DNA of 63,575 nucleotides, the filler included, from Atractiella rhizophila (lineage: Eukaryota): the NCBI GenBank assembly GCA_021432655.1. It is 5 parts of 4 records of this genome, joined end to end, with 100 filler letters (N's around TTAATTAATTAA, not from the genome) between each part and the next. Parts side by side here need not be neighbours in the genome. Positions count along the whole stretch, not along the records: positions 14,662 to 29,124 come from MU271208.1; positions 29,225 to 59,515 come from MU271208.1; 3 more parts are not named here. One strand, written 5' to 3'. Numbering within the stretch: the stretch's first letter is position 1; each line of letters opens with the position of its first letter. The notes beneath the pieces are model-generated. The model saw nothing but the letters and a program-made list of their open reading frames with translations. It had not been told where the DNA came from and searched no databases. The translations under genes were made by a program, and so were the position numbers. Positions 25,298 through 39,159 of this stretch are shown one piece after another.

Positions 25298-27140
25298 TGT
25301 AAAGGGAGTGAGAAATTGACTTTCTATCACTTTGCGCTAACAATCCCCAATCACTGATCAGTGAGTACAAATGATATAAATGAATATGTGATTTCAGTAT
25401 AAGTAATCGTACATACCTAACAATCCCCAATCACTTATTAGTGAGTGCAAATGATATAAACAAATATGTGATTGGGGAGAAGAAAAGGAAAGAAAACACA
25501 TCGAGCATCCTTATAAGTCCGGACTAGCGGTGAAGTGCACATGTTTGGTATGGCATCCGGAACGCAATGCAAATAGAACAAACAGATGACATCCACCGAT
25601 CTTCAACACTCCGCCTCACTTCGCCGCTCCGCTTCCTGCTTTATCTGCTTCCCGCTTTATTCACTCCCACATCCTCCGCACCGTATACCATCTCGTGAGC
25701 CCCATGATGGAACAGAAACGCCAATGAGTTGTGGCCGCCAATCCCTTTGTAAGCATGTCAGCGGCTTGTTGACGAGTCGGTATCCAGTGAAGAATAACAG
25801 TGCCAGCATCGACCTTCTCCCGCTTGAAGTGGTAGTGTACAGCGATGTGCTTCGTCTGCGCATGTGCCGTCAGGTGAGAAGCCAGCTGTATCGCTCCTTG
25901 ATTATCGCCCCATATCAGTGTCGGCTGCACTTATGGAAATCCCAAGTCGGAGAACAGCCTGCGCAGCCATACTGCCTCTCGAGTGGCAATGGACATGGCA
26001 ATGTACTCGCCTTCTGTTGAGGAGACAGCCACGCTCAACTGTCGTTTCGATACCCACGAAACCGCCCCACCAGCATTTCAGAACAGTACACCAGAGACAG
26101 ACCGTCATGCCGTAGGGTCCACTGCATGGTCCGCATTGATGAACGTACTCCATGAATCTTTTTCCACCATTGCCGCCCTGCCTGACATAGCCTGTACAGT
26201 GCCTTCCCTAACTCATAGACACCTTTCGGGCGTTCCTCGTCAATGAAACCTGGTGGCTGTTTGACGAACACTTGTTCTTCGAGGTCACCATTCAGAAAAG
26301 CGTTGCTGACGTCGAATTGTCGCCTGATCCATCCCTTTTGGGCTAAGATGGATAGTACTGCTCTGACAGACGCAGTCCGCACGGTTGGTGCCAAAGTCTC
26401 CGTGTAGTCTAGGCCTGCATTTTGCTGATCACCTCATACAACTTGGCGCGCATTGTACTTTATCACCTCCCCTCCCGGATCGTGCTTCACCGTGAGCACC
26501 CACTTGACACCTATTGCCTTTCTCCCCATAGGTAGCTCCTTCAATTCACCTTTCCACGTCCCCATTAACTCGAGCGCCGCTATCTCCACTACCATCACAG
26601 CCAGCCACTTATCATGGTCAGGTCCAGTGATTGCTTGCTTGAACATTGGTTCATTGACACTGCCTATCCAGTAGATTTGTGGTCTTCATAATTGTTCATA
26701 TCCTCTTCAAGCGTAACATTGTAGACTGATGGATTTCGTTTCACCTCCACCGCCAGTTCCCTTGCAGGTGTGACGACTTCATCATATCCATACACTTGAG
26801 AATAGTATGGACCTCGCTCGTGTAGTTTCTTGTAATCCCACATATTTCGTCCTGTACGACGCATCCTTCTCCCCAGCCGTTGTTGTCGTTGCGGGGAGAA
26901 CCATGTGATTTCTTCTTCTTGGACCCTCGCCTTCCATGTGGATGCTTCGATTTGCGCACCTCGATCTTGGACAAATGAGGGGTCCCCTTCTGGAGGTCTT
27001 AGCGTGTCAGTGGTAGCTGGTCCTCCCCCTTGTTCTACTGCCCCTTGAGTGTTGTCTAAGTGCTTTCTTGATGGGGTAGGAGATTCTGGTATGTCAGGTA
27101 TCGTATGGCTTGATGCTCGAACATCGTCTGCTTCCATCTC
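25298..27140 (-). mobile_element. Ty1/Copia remnant: partial RT, RNase H, PPT and 3' LTR (25298-25608)
   Basis: KAIGVKWVL, QFDVSNAFLNGDLEE, SSTEGEY, GDNQGAI, TKHIAVHYHF, ADMLTKGL; purine tract GAAGTGAGGCGGAG, then TGTTGAAG...CCCTTTACA. Confidence 0.9.
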
Positions 27141-27506
27141 AGTTGTGTTTATGCATTGTCCACCCAGCTCTCCCTCTAGCCACAGATCTGAAGAGGCTCC
27201 AATTTGGAGTTAAAGTTATGCCCCTAACCCTTGGACTTAGTATAAAGTTAAGGTTTAAACCTCCCTTAGGGGCCAGTACTAAGCTACTTCAACCCGAAGG
27301 GGCTTGCAAGAACTCCTTATAAGGCTGGACTCCCTTACTTGACCCCTAAGAAATACGAAGGTGAGTGTTCGCCTGAAATTATCCTCTACTCTTTTTTCGT
27401 TGCTCTTACTGGCCGAAGGTGAAGTGCTCACTTGGAGGATCTGAATCTACAAGAGCACTCGGTCCTGAGGTTTGCTGTGGGATTGATCAAGGCGACTTAT
27501 GCATCC

Positions 27507-28492
27507 GGTCTCTCAGGAACATTGTCCTTGCCTATATACAAAGGGCTGCACAGCTACAAGCTATAACTATAACCCTATCTAAGATAGGCAGTCCGAAAGA
27601 TCATGTTACATGCAGGGCAAAAGGGATGGGGAAACAGAAATGCAAAAATAAAACAACACAAACATGAATCGAGCCCATGACTCCAAATAGGCTAAAAATA
27701 GGTGATGTAGAGTGATCCTGACACTGACCGATTTCACGTTTGCATAGGCTCCGCAACTGCCTTCTCCGGAAGATGCCAGCAAACTAGTGTGAATGGAGAA
27801 GAGTGCATGATGTATTTGTGGCTGGTTGCGCGATGGCGAAACTCAGTTAGAAGATATTGTATGCTCTCTTTTCGCTTATCTCACTTCTTCCCACTTTTGT
27901 CATTAAGATACTGATATTCATTTAGAGGACTTGAATAGCCGAACGATGGGACAATTGGTGCCCTCAACACAACACAGCGATAACGACGAAGGAAGTTCGA
28001 TTGTAGGACCCCTTTAACCTCTGAGCCCTTCTCTATCAACACAACCACATCCTATATCTCCAACCCATTGTACAACGTGGTTTAGGTCCTAAACCGAGTC
28101 CTGAAGAACTAGGGTGGGGAGAAGGTTTTTGAGGGGTCCAAACAAAGGTATGTACTTTATCATGTGTGGAAATAGTTTGCATTGTATAGAGAGGGCTTGA
28201 AAAAAGATGCCAAAGAAAATTGGGCACCTGTATGGTGATAGCTGTTAGAGATTTGAAATGCCCACTCTGCAGATATGTCAGGGCGGATGCAAAGATGTGT
28301 GAATGTGACATGTTAGGTCGTGTACTGTAAGGACAATGCTAAGCAGAAATCCTGAGAGAACAAACTAGGTCTCTCAGGGGCATTGTTCTTGCCTATATAC
28401 ATAAAAGCCTGCACAGCTACAACAATAACTCTGACTCTATCTAGGATAGGCGTAAAGGTCATGTGATATGTAGAGCAAAAAAGGTGGGGAAA
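27507..28492 (+). repeat. Two diverged ~125-bp copies (about 27507-27635 and 28368-28492), probable remnant of another LTR family
   Basis: Shared GGTCTCTCAGG..CATTGT.CTTGCCTATATACA..CTGCACAGCTACAA..CTATCTA.GATAGGC..TGGGGAAA. Confidence 0.55.
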
Positions 28493-28856
28493 TGTCAGGT
28501 TTGCATCTTACGCAAATCGGCGCCCGTTCGCCGGATTGCGTCTCCTATCGCCCATTTGCGTTCCCTGCGAATCGGAGCCCGGTCGCCACTGCGTCTCCCG
28601 TCGCCTATTTGCACGCAGTGCAAATCGGCGCCCGTTCGCCCGTTCGCCCATTTGCGCCTACATCACCACTTAGCCCAATTGTGCCTATCCTCCTCTTATT
28701 AACTCCGCGTAATCCCACTGTCACTTCCCCTTCTAGTTCTCTTACATGTTTCATCTGCTCTCCTCTACGCTCTGTGGCAGTGTTATTCCGCTTGTATATA
28801 TAGATCAGAGAGTAGTGGAGGTGACCTCAGAGTATTCTCTTAGGTTTATCTCCACT
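28493..28856 (+). mobile_element. 3'-truncated Gypsy LTR, same subfamily as 16126-16670
   Basis: Near-identical U3, TATA and hairpin; similarity stops at TCTCCACT. Confidence 0.92.
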
Positions 28857-29124
28857 CTAGAACAAGCTAAAAAAACTTGACGAAAAGCCAACACTCCACA
28901 TCTCAAACCTTGTAGGAAAGATTTGCTACCTACGCAAGAAGCGAGCAGCCGCTAAGCGCGCAAAGGTATAGAGGAGTTTGGAGGCTGTAAAAAATTCAAA
29001 CCAAAACTTTAACTCTCTCTCATAAGAAGACAATCCCGACTGTGATACACGCCCAGCGGCTATCCGCTACGCAGACATCACCTCTATTTGGATTCACGTA
29101 CTATACTGTACTTCTGATTGGATC

Positions 29125-29224
29125 NNNNNNNNNNNNNNNNNNNNNNNNNNNNNNNNNNNNNNNNNNNNTTAATTAATTAANNNNNNNNNNNNNNNNNNNN
29201 NNNNNNNNNNNNNNNNNNNNNNNN
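29125..29224. other. Artificial contig linker
   Basis: Same 100-bp linker. Confidence 0.99.
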
Positions 29225-29231
29225 TATTCCA

Positions 29232-30600
29232 GATGGACGTCACATCACCAATCTTCTGAACCTGACCCGTTTATCTCCTCAACGAATACGTTCCATTCTT
29301 TCCTCACCCCGCTTCCCGTTCCCGCATCCTTACGATCCAAAGAAGTCGTAAACAATCCTTGATCCATGTGTGGAGCAAGGATGCAATAGCCATAAATCGC
29401 AGCGGTCGCATCAGCCAGTTGCTTCACCGGCTACCATGGCCTTAAACCCACAAGAATGTGGAAGTGACATTTCAAGACCACTTTTTGAGGGCTCTGGATC
29501 TCTTCCTGAGAGTATCAAGGTGACGTTTTAGGGTCAGGCAGTGGTTTAAGATGTGGTCGAGCGATATGTTTGTTAAACAATAAGCCAACGCTAACGAGGA
29601 GAACTCTTAGACTGGAACGCACGATGCAATTGGCGGAGGATCTGATTGCTTTTCTTCGCTCGTACCCAGCGACGGCCTAGTCCTCTGACGATTCAAATAG
29701 ACAACGGTCAGTTAACATTCAGCGGAAGCGCACGATTAACATTTTTTCAGTCGAATTGTACGCGTCAAATGTCAAGATCTGGGTGGAATGACCTTCGTCC
29801 TACTGGCAAGTACAGTTGTACAACACTATCGCGAACAGTTGTTCATCGTATTTGCCTTCGGCAGCCAACCGATTCCCTGATACACCAAGAGTGGGGACCT
29901 TCATCAATAACCGCTGCCCCATAATCGCATGAAAATACGTCTCATTTCTAGCAACCCGGCCTCCAACTTAAAAGAAGATAGAACGCAGCCATCTTGAATT
30001 ATATCCTCAATTGTTTCCCACGTTTCTACAACTAGAAGTGTAGTTTCGGCCCTCATCCTTACTTTCAGGTCTTCGCTCTCATGAACGCTCATGAACGAAA
30101 TGTTCTCCGTCAGGTGGAGTGTGTGAAATACTCGAATCAAACCGGGCGACCTGTTTTCCTCGAACACTTGTTTCTGGTTGTACAGGAGATCCTACGAAGA
30201 AAGCGTAAGGTCCTCACGTCTCACGAACTGGTAACAAGTTTTCAGTTCGTGAAAGGTATGGCGGCAATTGGCCCCATTTTTCTTTTGGGGATCGTTCATC
30301 GTGATTTGGACTCCTGACCAGACCAACTGATATGTCAAGCAACAACCCCAGGTCAGTCACTTAGCTTGATCCTCTAGACTTTGGGATGGCAAATGAAGTT
30401 CGCATGGCCGAAACCACGTAGTTGTCGAGCTCCGCCTGAAAGGCCAGTTCCAATTATGATTCTATGTGCATCAACGACATCCTTCCAATTGCTCTCAATT
30501 GGCACGGACGCAACTCTCATTCTGTGACAGGCACAAGGGTTCTCGGGGAGGTTTGGAACTTCTTGCGAAAATGAAGTGGGATACTTCGGCATAGGTTGGA
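29232..30600 (+). pseudogene. Diverged pseudogene paralogue of the 37014 kinase
   Basis: Broken frames give FLTPLP, VWSKDAI, VEVTFQDHF, LERTMQLAEDL and GIVHRDLDS*PDQL..LLDFGMANEV, collinear with 37014-39159. Confidence 0.75.
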
Positions 30601-31913
30601 AAGAAGAACCATGTAAAGAGTGGGTTTCCACCTCATTTCTTATGTCAGTCTGAACAGTCTTATTACAATGTGATGGCTTCAACCGTCATATGAGCGTGGA
30701 GCTTTGCTGCACGATTTTCGCAAGTCTCAGCAATCGTTGTTTTGGAAAGTGCAAAAAATGGAGGCACGTCTGCATACAGAATAAGATATCAGAATCTGAC
30801 CATATTGCTAAAATGTAGTTTGAGATTGTCATCCAACCAATGCAAGGTTGAATGCCATGCCTAACGTCCAGAATTGGCATACTGAGGGTGGTGAAAGCAC
30901 CGATGTCAAAGTCAACACTCCGACCCAACAGTCAGGGGTCACTATCATGCTTGCGGATTATTCTGGGCTATGGACGGAGATTTAATGCAATCGATGGAGC
31001 CGACCTCCAGAATTTGAAATAGAGATGAATGTTGGTCAGGAGGAGTTGAGCAGGAGCATGGGAGAGAAGAGCAAGTGGATTCGGAATAGAAGCTTCTTGA
31101 TAAAAACAGGGAGGAATACCATCTACTCATCGAGAAGCGAACACGAAACAAGAGGGAAGAGTGCTCTCTTCGTATCAGCAGCGGTGCGGTCGTCCAAAGT
31201 ATTCGGGAAGAGGTTGACGATCGCAGGCGAATGCCAGTGAAGGAAGGAGGAAGAACCGCCTGGCTTAGAGAAGAATCTACTTCTTCTCCTTTCCTTTCAC
31301 TTTTATGACGCTACCTAGGGTGAAACGCACGTTCAGCAGGAGGTGGTGGGCAGAGGATCACATTGCTCTGCGTTAACGATGTGACCATACGGCGACGTTT
31401 GAACGTTGAGGTTGTTCTGCGTTGCAAGGTTGCATAGAGAACTTTGAGCTCGCCTCTAGTCGCTGGACAGAAGACATGATGTTAGCAGGAGATCCAACAG
31501 ACGGGGAGGAAAAGCGGCGTCATAACTGACAGGGCTGGACGACTGGATGGCCGCTGCATGTAATTGGAGGCGGGAGAGCGAAGCGAGAAAGACTGTCAGT
31601 TGGATAGAAGCGTAGTGAAGATAAAGATAAAAGTTCTCATGAGTGCTTAGTAGCGAAAAGGTCACCCTCTTCCCGCAACAGGCATGATGAACAAAGACAG
31701 GTGCAAAATATTGGTGGTCCAGAATTCTGGTAGGCCCTCATGGTGCCAGGGATCGATGAGGTTTATCGCACTTCCAAGGTACAAAGAACGCAATTTCGGA
31801 GAAACTTGTCATACTGGCATCGGCCGCCAGTTTCTTCAACCTCTCCACATTAGCTCCAGCTACTACTGCATCTCCAATGAACCAATGAATGAACAATTTC
31901 TCATCTTTCCGTA

Positions 31914-33400
31914 TCAAACGACCAAATCCTCCTCTCTAAATAAATCACCAACATCAAGCTTTATACCTACGTTCTGTAGTTTCCTCGCGAGCCGCAATAT
32001 TCCCTGGTATTCTTCCTCGTTCTCAGTCCAGTCTTCAAACACTCCATCTCTCAGATATAGCACATCCAAGGTATCTACGAAGCGAGCTGCCGTGTCGTAC
32101 AAAATGTCGGGGAGGGCTCCATTTCCAAAGCAAGCTTGAAGGGCTAATTCTCGAATGTTGGGGACGAACGGCCCAGTACACGGAAAACTCCAACCGTCCA
32201 AAGGGAACAGGCGGAGTTCAAGAACTTGCAGAGAGTGAAGTTGTGCAACGATTTCATAGAAGATATTGGTTAGGCGGAAGGGAACTTGATCGGATTCATC
32301 GGCCGCCACCAAATATTCATCTAAGAGGGAGAGTCGTACAACTTCCAACGTCCCCTTGCAATGTCGGAAAATTGGGTAAACGTAGGCATCGAGTGGTTGT
32401 TCGAAGATGAAAAGTTCCAAAAGCCTCAGAGGCGGAAGAGGTTCGTTTTGCCGGATGGTATTAGTTAGGACTTGAAGCATAAATGCAGCCTGACGGTCCG
32501 AACGCGTAGCTCGTACACGCAAATTTCGAAGAGTCCTAGGGAAAACGAGTTCTGCGGGAGCGCGGATAGGTGTCTCGATCGGATCCCAGTACTCCCTTGA
32601 GCCTGGTAAGTAGTCTTCGCGTATGAACTCATAATTTTCGGCAGGTTGTGAAACCCAAATCTGGGTCACAGGCGTCAGAAGGTCATCACGGCGCCATTCC
32701 TCAAAAATATTGGTCGTTTTCAGTCGATCCATGCATCGGACGAGCTCTGGAAGGTGTAATCTGATATCGTTAACAGCTTCTGGCTCCGTCAGGAGCGAGT
32801 GGTCATCAAAACTTGGTAGAAGGTGGAAGATCTCAGGCAGGTCGGCAAAAATAGTCAAGGTACACAAACAAGTGCACTTCGAAAGAACCATGAGAATGAA
32901 AAGGCGTTGGTGCATTTCTAGTTCCGGGGGATTTATCGCATATCGAAGGTGTCGAACAAATGTGGCGATCTCAGGGCGCTTCTGTAATGCTCGTTGTAAG
33001 GAAAGGACGTCGTTCAGGCTGCGTAGAGTTGGTGGAGTGTGATATAGTGCTCGTTGGACCTATGAAGTTCTGGTATAAGTCAATTGCCCGACTGAACGAA
33101 GAGGACATGTACCACCCGATACAACGGCTTGGATAAACACAATAGCGCGACTGTGTCCTCACTGTATTCCATCACGACTTCATCGAAGATATGTTGTAAA
33201 ACTTCCATCGGAAGCCTCTCTAATCTGCTCGGAGGCGACGATTGTTGCACTGAGTTCGCTTGAGGTTGCGGGCTTGATAAATTGGCTGATGATGATGAAT
33301 GCGAAAACGAGATTTGTTCTTGCTGCCATCGTTCGGGTTCGATTGGTGACGTTGGGGCTCCTGACTCTGAGTCTGGCTCAAAAAATTCACTTCAATTGTG
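31914..33400 (-). CDS. F-box protein with leucine-rich C-terminal region (start uncertain)
   Basis: LERLPMEVLQHIFDEV..LLCLSKPLYRV, intron, then VQRALYHTP..PEIATFVRHLRY continuing into the 333-aa LxxLxL-rich ORF. Confidence 0.75.
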
Positions 33401-35399
33401 ACTGCAATTAGCTCCTCCCACCTCTACATCTGCCGAACGACTTACTTGAGCGTAGCCCTCACGCTGCAAACCTCAGACCACATGACATCGAGCTGTGACC
33501 CAAGCTCAAAACTGACCCTTTTTTCCCATTTGAGCACCCAATCGTTCAGAAAAGCGGCGACTTCCTTCAGGGACTCTTCCACCGGACCCGTTGAATCAAA
33601 GCGGTACATAATTGTCGAAGAAGACCAGAAACAAGCTGTCTGGAAGAGTAGACGAGGTCCGTTTACAACACCAGAAAACCGCTTTTATACCTGTTGCTTC
33701 TTTGTGGACGTGCAAGCTTTCGGAAGCGACAATAATAGTCAACAGGAAGGAGTGAAAGGCGGAGGATTGCATTTCGGGATCGAAGAAGGCATTCATCGTG
33801 GTTTGTACTCGTACACGACCCGTTGAAACTTGGTAACAGGTTCCCACTGGATCCAGTCTGGCCCTTCTCGAGAACCCGTCACCTCCTTCCACGGTCACGC
33901 TATCAACTCTTTTCTTTTTCTCTCGCCACCATCGTACCCAGCGACAGCGCAGCCCAGCTGTTTCCTTATGGGGTCATATGGTCTCTTGCGACACAAGTGC
34001 CAATTTCGAAACCAGACGGGGCAAGAATGAAATATAATGTGCAGAGGTCAGACTGGCTTTCTCTTCACAGCAACGCGAACAGAAAACGAGTTTGAACTCC
34101 CTTGTATCAATAAGGGCCATTCGAGGAGATGGAACGCAAGGACGTGGGATGGACGGAGGGAAATATGGAGTGATACAGACAAATCAGTACATAAATGTTA
34201 CCATCGCATTGTACTACTTCTCCCAGTCGGCAAATAGCAAATGACTAGGAATGGGCCGAATGGCCGCAACCTCAAACTGTCTAATGGATCTGCTGTCTTA
34301 CGTCTTTACATTCCTGTCAGCTGCTGAAGAATGGGTCTGAAAGCCTCCCCTCCCATTTGCACCCAGTGGGCACGAAAGATCCCGTTCTGTGTCTCCGCTC
34401 CGTTAATTCTCGCCTTCTCTTCCCATTGTTCTGATTTATGAGGGTTTATGATGAAACAGGAAAGGAACTAGGAGAGGAGGGAGAGCCGTCAATTGGGGGG
34501 GACAGGTTTGCTGTGAATATGCGTGCGGCGCACAACACCTGCAGACTGGCTTTAGGAACGGGCAGTAATCACAGGAGAGATTGGAGTTGTTGAGGTGGTC
34601 AGTTGCATTTCAAATAGAGACGCGACAACCAAATCAACGAAATTGATTGAGCACTCATTGTGCGATCTTTCTCCTTCTTTCGCCAATTCGACCGGAGGAA
34701 GAGAGGAGTCTAGGCCAAGACGGTGTGATAATTTTTGATCATGTTAATCTGGGGCTATAAGAGCTAAGGCATTTGACTTCTTACACTCTTGCACACTTGT
34801 AAGCGTCTTCCTTTCCGAGAAGCGGGCATGTGGGGTGTTCTTCCTTCTCTGATCCGTCGTAACATCAATACGTTGATCAGTCCATCGTAGTTATTGTTAG
34901 TTAGCTACAAAACTGCTTTGGTTAACCTTGGATGATCTTTGGTTGACAGTGCGAGGACCTTCAAGTATCAATCTTTCGGCGATGTGATTATGACATTCCT
35001 TGGTCATGCATCAATTATATGTGGGGAGTACTTGAAGGCTTCTAACCCGTTTCAATGTACTTTCAAGGACAAATTAAAGCTGATTAAGGAGGAACATGGA
35101 TTGGGTTAAGAAATTCCCTGCGTTGATCATCATTGGCATGTCAAATTGTTTGAGGGATGATACGCTATTTAAAAAGAGTTTGCATTGCAAGGCAGTCACT
35201 GATTCAGCTCTATACACAGTCGGGAAGATATTATCATTCTAATTATTTGCTTACTGCAATGACCTTGGTTGTTCGTGCCCTTGGCCTTCAAAGTCAGAGC
35301 CAGCTAGTTAGAAAAAGCAAGAGCAAAATCTCACCTTGCTTTAAGGAACTGAACTCTAATAAACTCTGGGGTGATCCACTTCACCTCAGTTCTGGAATA

Positions 35400-36646
35400 C
35401 CATGTCTTTGACCACGTAGATTAATGTTGTGGATTCGTGGTCTGTCAAAGCCCCGAAAGGTGTCTAATACTGCTCCATGTAGTTGAGAATGTGGGGTAAA
35501 CGTAATACAGCGCGTTTTCACGCGGTGTTACCTCCTTCCAGGTATTGGCCTTGTTTCGTCGTGCAACACTCTTCTTTTCCCACACTTCGCACAGGTCCTG
35601 TACGTCCTGGAAAGATTGCTCCGTGACAACACCTTTTTCTAGCCATGACGTCAGGTTTAGCTTCAGAATGGCACCGTGCTCACCTTCACCTCCACGAAAG
35701 AAACAGTGATGTTACTCGCGCCACTCACTTTCAAGGCTAGTTTTGAATTTCTAATCATGACTTCTAGGAGCTCCTCGGCGAAAAAACCAATGACATTGTC
35801 AACTCGCGCTATTTCAGAGGAGTTGTTAGATGCGGTATCGCTATTTGTTAATATACGCACTAGAACGTCCTTTGTCGTCTGTCGGACGATGAACTTCTGA
35901 TCTGTATTCCAGCATCCCCGTCAATTTGGTTTCGTTCAGTTGGTATCTAGTTCGAACTGGGTGGAATGCGCAAATTATTTTGCCCAAAGCTTGGCAAAAC
36001 GGATGCGAGGATGTCGCGACTACCATGCAAGCTGTTCCTTTGGCTGGTGGCTGTCGCAAATTGTGAGCAAAACTCACAACACATTTTGATTTCTCGGATA
36101 ACCTGGTCGGTTTTGCGTTCGGTATGGGGAACAACAGGTCTTTCAATGCTTTCTTGTACGGTTCTTTGGATGCCTTCTTGACCGTAGCTTCGTGCTCCTG
36201 GATTGCTTCCTGCTCCTCAATAGGTTCTTTCTCCCCAACAGCTTTTTCCACCGTGGCCGCTCGTTTCGCATCGACATCTTTTTTCTGCTCTGCGATGTCC
36301 GAAACGTTGACCTCCTTCCTCAAGAATGCGAGAAAGTCCTTTATTCGGCACGATTTAGCTGTGATCATGTCGTGATGTTCCTGTTTCCACCAATCGAGTT
36401 TGAGGAACTTCACTACACTCGGCTTCAGCGTTTTAGCCATATTTTCGCTCCCTTTCGAAGAAAAGCTCGAAATTGGCTTAGAACTTGGAACGGAAAGGAG
36501 TTGCGAGTCGACTTTGCCTTTATCAGTCGCTCCGCTTGCTGCTGAAGCCCGTGATTTAGAGGAGTGAGTCTCGTCATCAAACATCTTTCCAGGATGACGA
36601 AATGCTCTTGCGGTTCACACAAATCAAGGACAGGTTTGTCGGCCAT
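35400..36646 (-). CDS. Hypothetical multi-exon gene or pseudogene, boundaries uncertain
   Basis: 247-aa K/E-rich ORF plus adjacent short ORFs; no family recognised. Confidence 0.35.
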
Positions 36647-37013
36647 CGGAGGATATCAGAGCAATGTCTTGAAAACAGGGATCAAGTTATCTGGAGGTAG
36701 TCTCAAGAGGACACCTCCCATTTATATCCCTCAGCCTGTAGTGCGCGTCCTCCATGAGGTGCCTCTTTGTCACAGGCGTTGTCCCTTCAACTGTTGTGAA
36801 CATTTCATGAAAGATGTTCCCTCTCTTTGTTGTTCACAGTCTGGAGCTTATCCTCCGTGTACATTTATCAAGGTCCCTTTTTCTCGTTCCCTCCACCTGG
36901 TAGTTTCTTTGACCTTGTGTACCTTTTCACTAAACGATTCACACAAGTATTTAAGATACCCTACTTTGCTCCCCTAACTGATCATCGACTTGACATAGCA
37001 ATAATCTGTTAGT

Positions 37014-39159
37014 ATGGACTCCCTAGAATTGCAATCTACGGAATCGGTTTGCTTCGTCGACAATTTTCGTTTACAGGCATTCATCACGCCGCTTTCGCCA
37101 CCAGAGCGACCGGAGGATGCGAATGCTCAATCTTACGTATGGCATGAAGATGCTTTGGGTCATTGCTCTCAGGAAGGCGGGATATTTCCTTACCTTCACA
37201 GCTGGCCGCGGCGTGAAACGGATAAGGGTACCGAGGTTACGTATTATGACCACTTCGTAAAAGATCTGGATCTCCTCCCTAGCAACGTCAAAGCAGCATT
37301 CTGGCATGACATGATTGTCTGGAATTCAGTGGACCGGTAAGTGCCTTTTCATATACAGGAAATGCGACTTACGACAGCTGTTAGCCCTGAACGTACAACC
37401 CAATTTGTAGAAGACCTGAGAGTGTTCCTTCGCTACATGTATCCTGGAAGAGCACCCGGTCCTCCGACTGTTCAAGTAGAGAAAGGTAGGTCGACATTGA
37501 TTAGTGTCGTAATGATTGACATTCGTCATAGTGGAACCCATGGACGTGGACATCATACACCTCAAGTGTCAAGATGAGGTTCTTCTCACGTTCATCTTGC
37601 TGGTAAGTCCATCCCTCAATTGCTTGCAAGTGTAGTCCTCAGTCATGCTGCAGCCAGCTAATTCCTTGGTCCCTGAGGACTGGGAGACCGATACGCTAGA
37701 TGAATCTAACAAGATTGCACGGAACTATATATCATTTCTGGCCACGTTGCCAGCTGACTCGAATGGGCATCGGTTTGCGGCTTTCATGGATTTCAAATCG
37801 TCGGTGCTCTTCCGTGGATCTTACAAGTTTATTTGCACTTTTGAGGCTCACCCATATTTCCAAGTTTTCGCACTCATGAGTGAGGTGTTCTCCATCAAAT
37901 GGGACTGTTCGAAGTACTCTAACCAAACAGGACCTGCCTGCTTCCCTCGAACCCTTGTCTCCGGCTGTGCGAGAGATCCTGCGACGAGGGTACACATAGA
38001 CCTGTCCCCCGTGTTAGCATCTTCGGAACACGATCTTTACGAAGTTCAGACGGGAGATCCCTACTTACAACATCTCTTTATGTACTGGCACCAATTGCGA
38101 ATGGAGGAAGGCGAGCGATGGCTCGATAATTTGACTTTCGTTGACACAGATATCACCGTTGCGTCAGTGCTATCGACCACGACCAGCCATACCATTTTCC
38201 CTCCGTTGGTTCTAACGGCAGATAATCCAACGTTGCTATGGTTCCAAAACATCTTATTCCAAGCTACCAGCTCTACCCGCCGTGCTTCTCCTTCCTTCTC
38301 AGCCCTCAACGTCGGCGATCGAATCAAGCTTATCAGCTCAATCCGTTCAGGCCCTCAACTACATGGTCAGACTTTCCTTGTGGGTGTTGAAGGAGAAGAT
38401 TATCCCTTTGTGCTCAAGATTTATGACGAGCGCTTATTTCCTTATCCGAAATGGGACATGGATTACGAAGGCATCGATCGACTCCGGCGATGGCCTGATG
38501 CTGAGGCGTCGATGCGGAAGGAAGAGAATGCCTATTCGGTTTTGCGGTTGCTTCAAGGATCAGCTATTGCGAGATCTTATGGGTTTTATAACGTTTGTAT
38601 TTGCTTACGTTTTTGAAAAGCGTTGTCCTTCCTGACACACGCATTAGGTCAAATTAGGAGATGGCACCATCTGTCAAGCACACTTAATGGAATACGTGGA
38701 AGGACCCACGCTGGACAGAGCAGATGTGCACACACTTTCCGACGAAGAACAAGACGCCTTCGTAAGCCTGATCTCCCATTTCATTAAAGCTAACACACCT
38801 TGCAGTATGTCAAAGCAATGGTTCTAATTGGCGTAATCTTTCTCTTGGGAATTGTGCACGGCGATTTGGAGTACGAACCACACCAAGTGTTATGTCCACC
38901 AACAGCACCAGGTCGCTCGCCTGACATCGTTCTTCTCGACTTTGGGATGGCTAATGAAGTTCATATTGACGAGACAACTCTGCTATCGGAAGACGCCTGG
39001 GACTTTCATGTTACTGAAGATTTTGCAAATTTCAGCGCCATGGTTAGCATTGCTCTCCAGCCGGATGCCAGCAAACGTCGAGGAGGTGCACCTGCAGAGA
39101 TCTGGGAAAAATTGAGGGAAATGAAGTGGGGCTATTTCGACATAGATTGGAAATTGTGA
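37014..39159 (+). CDS. Atypical protein-kinase-like protein, about 6 exons, apparently intact
   Basis: FVLKIYDE, MRKEENAYSVLRLLQGSAIARSYGFY, LMEYVEGPTL, GIVHGDL, IVLLDFGMA; canonical short introns. Confidence 0.85.
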
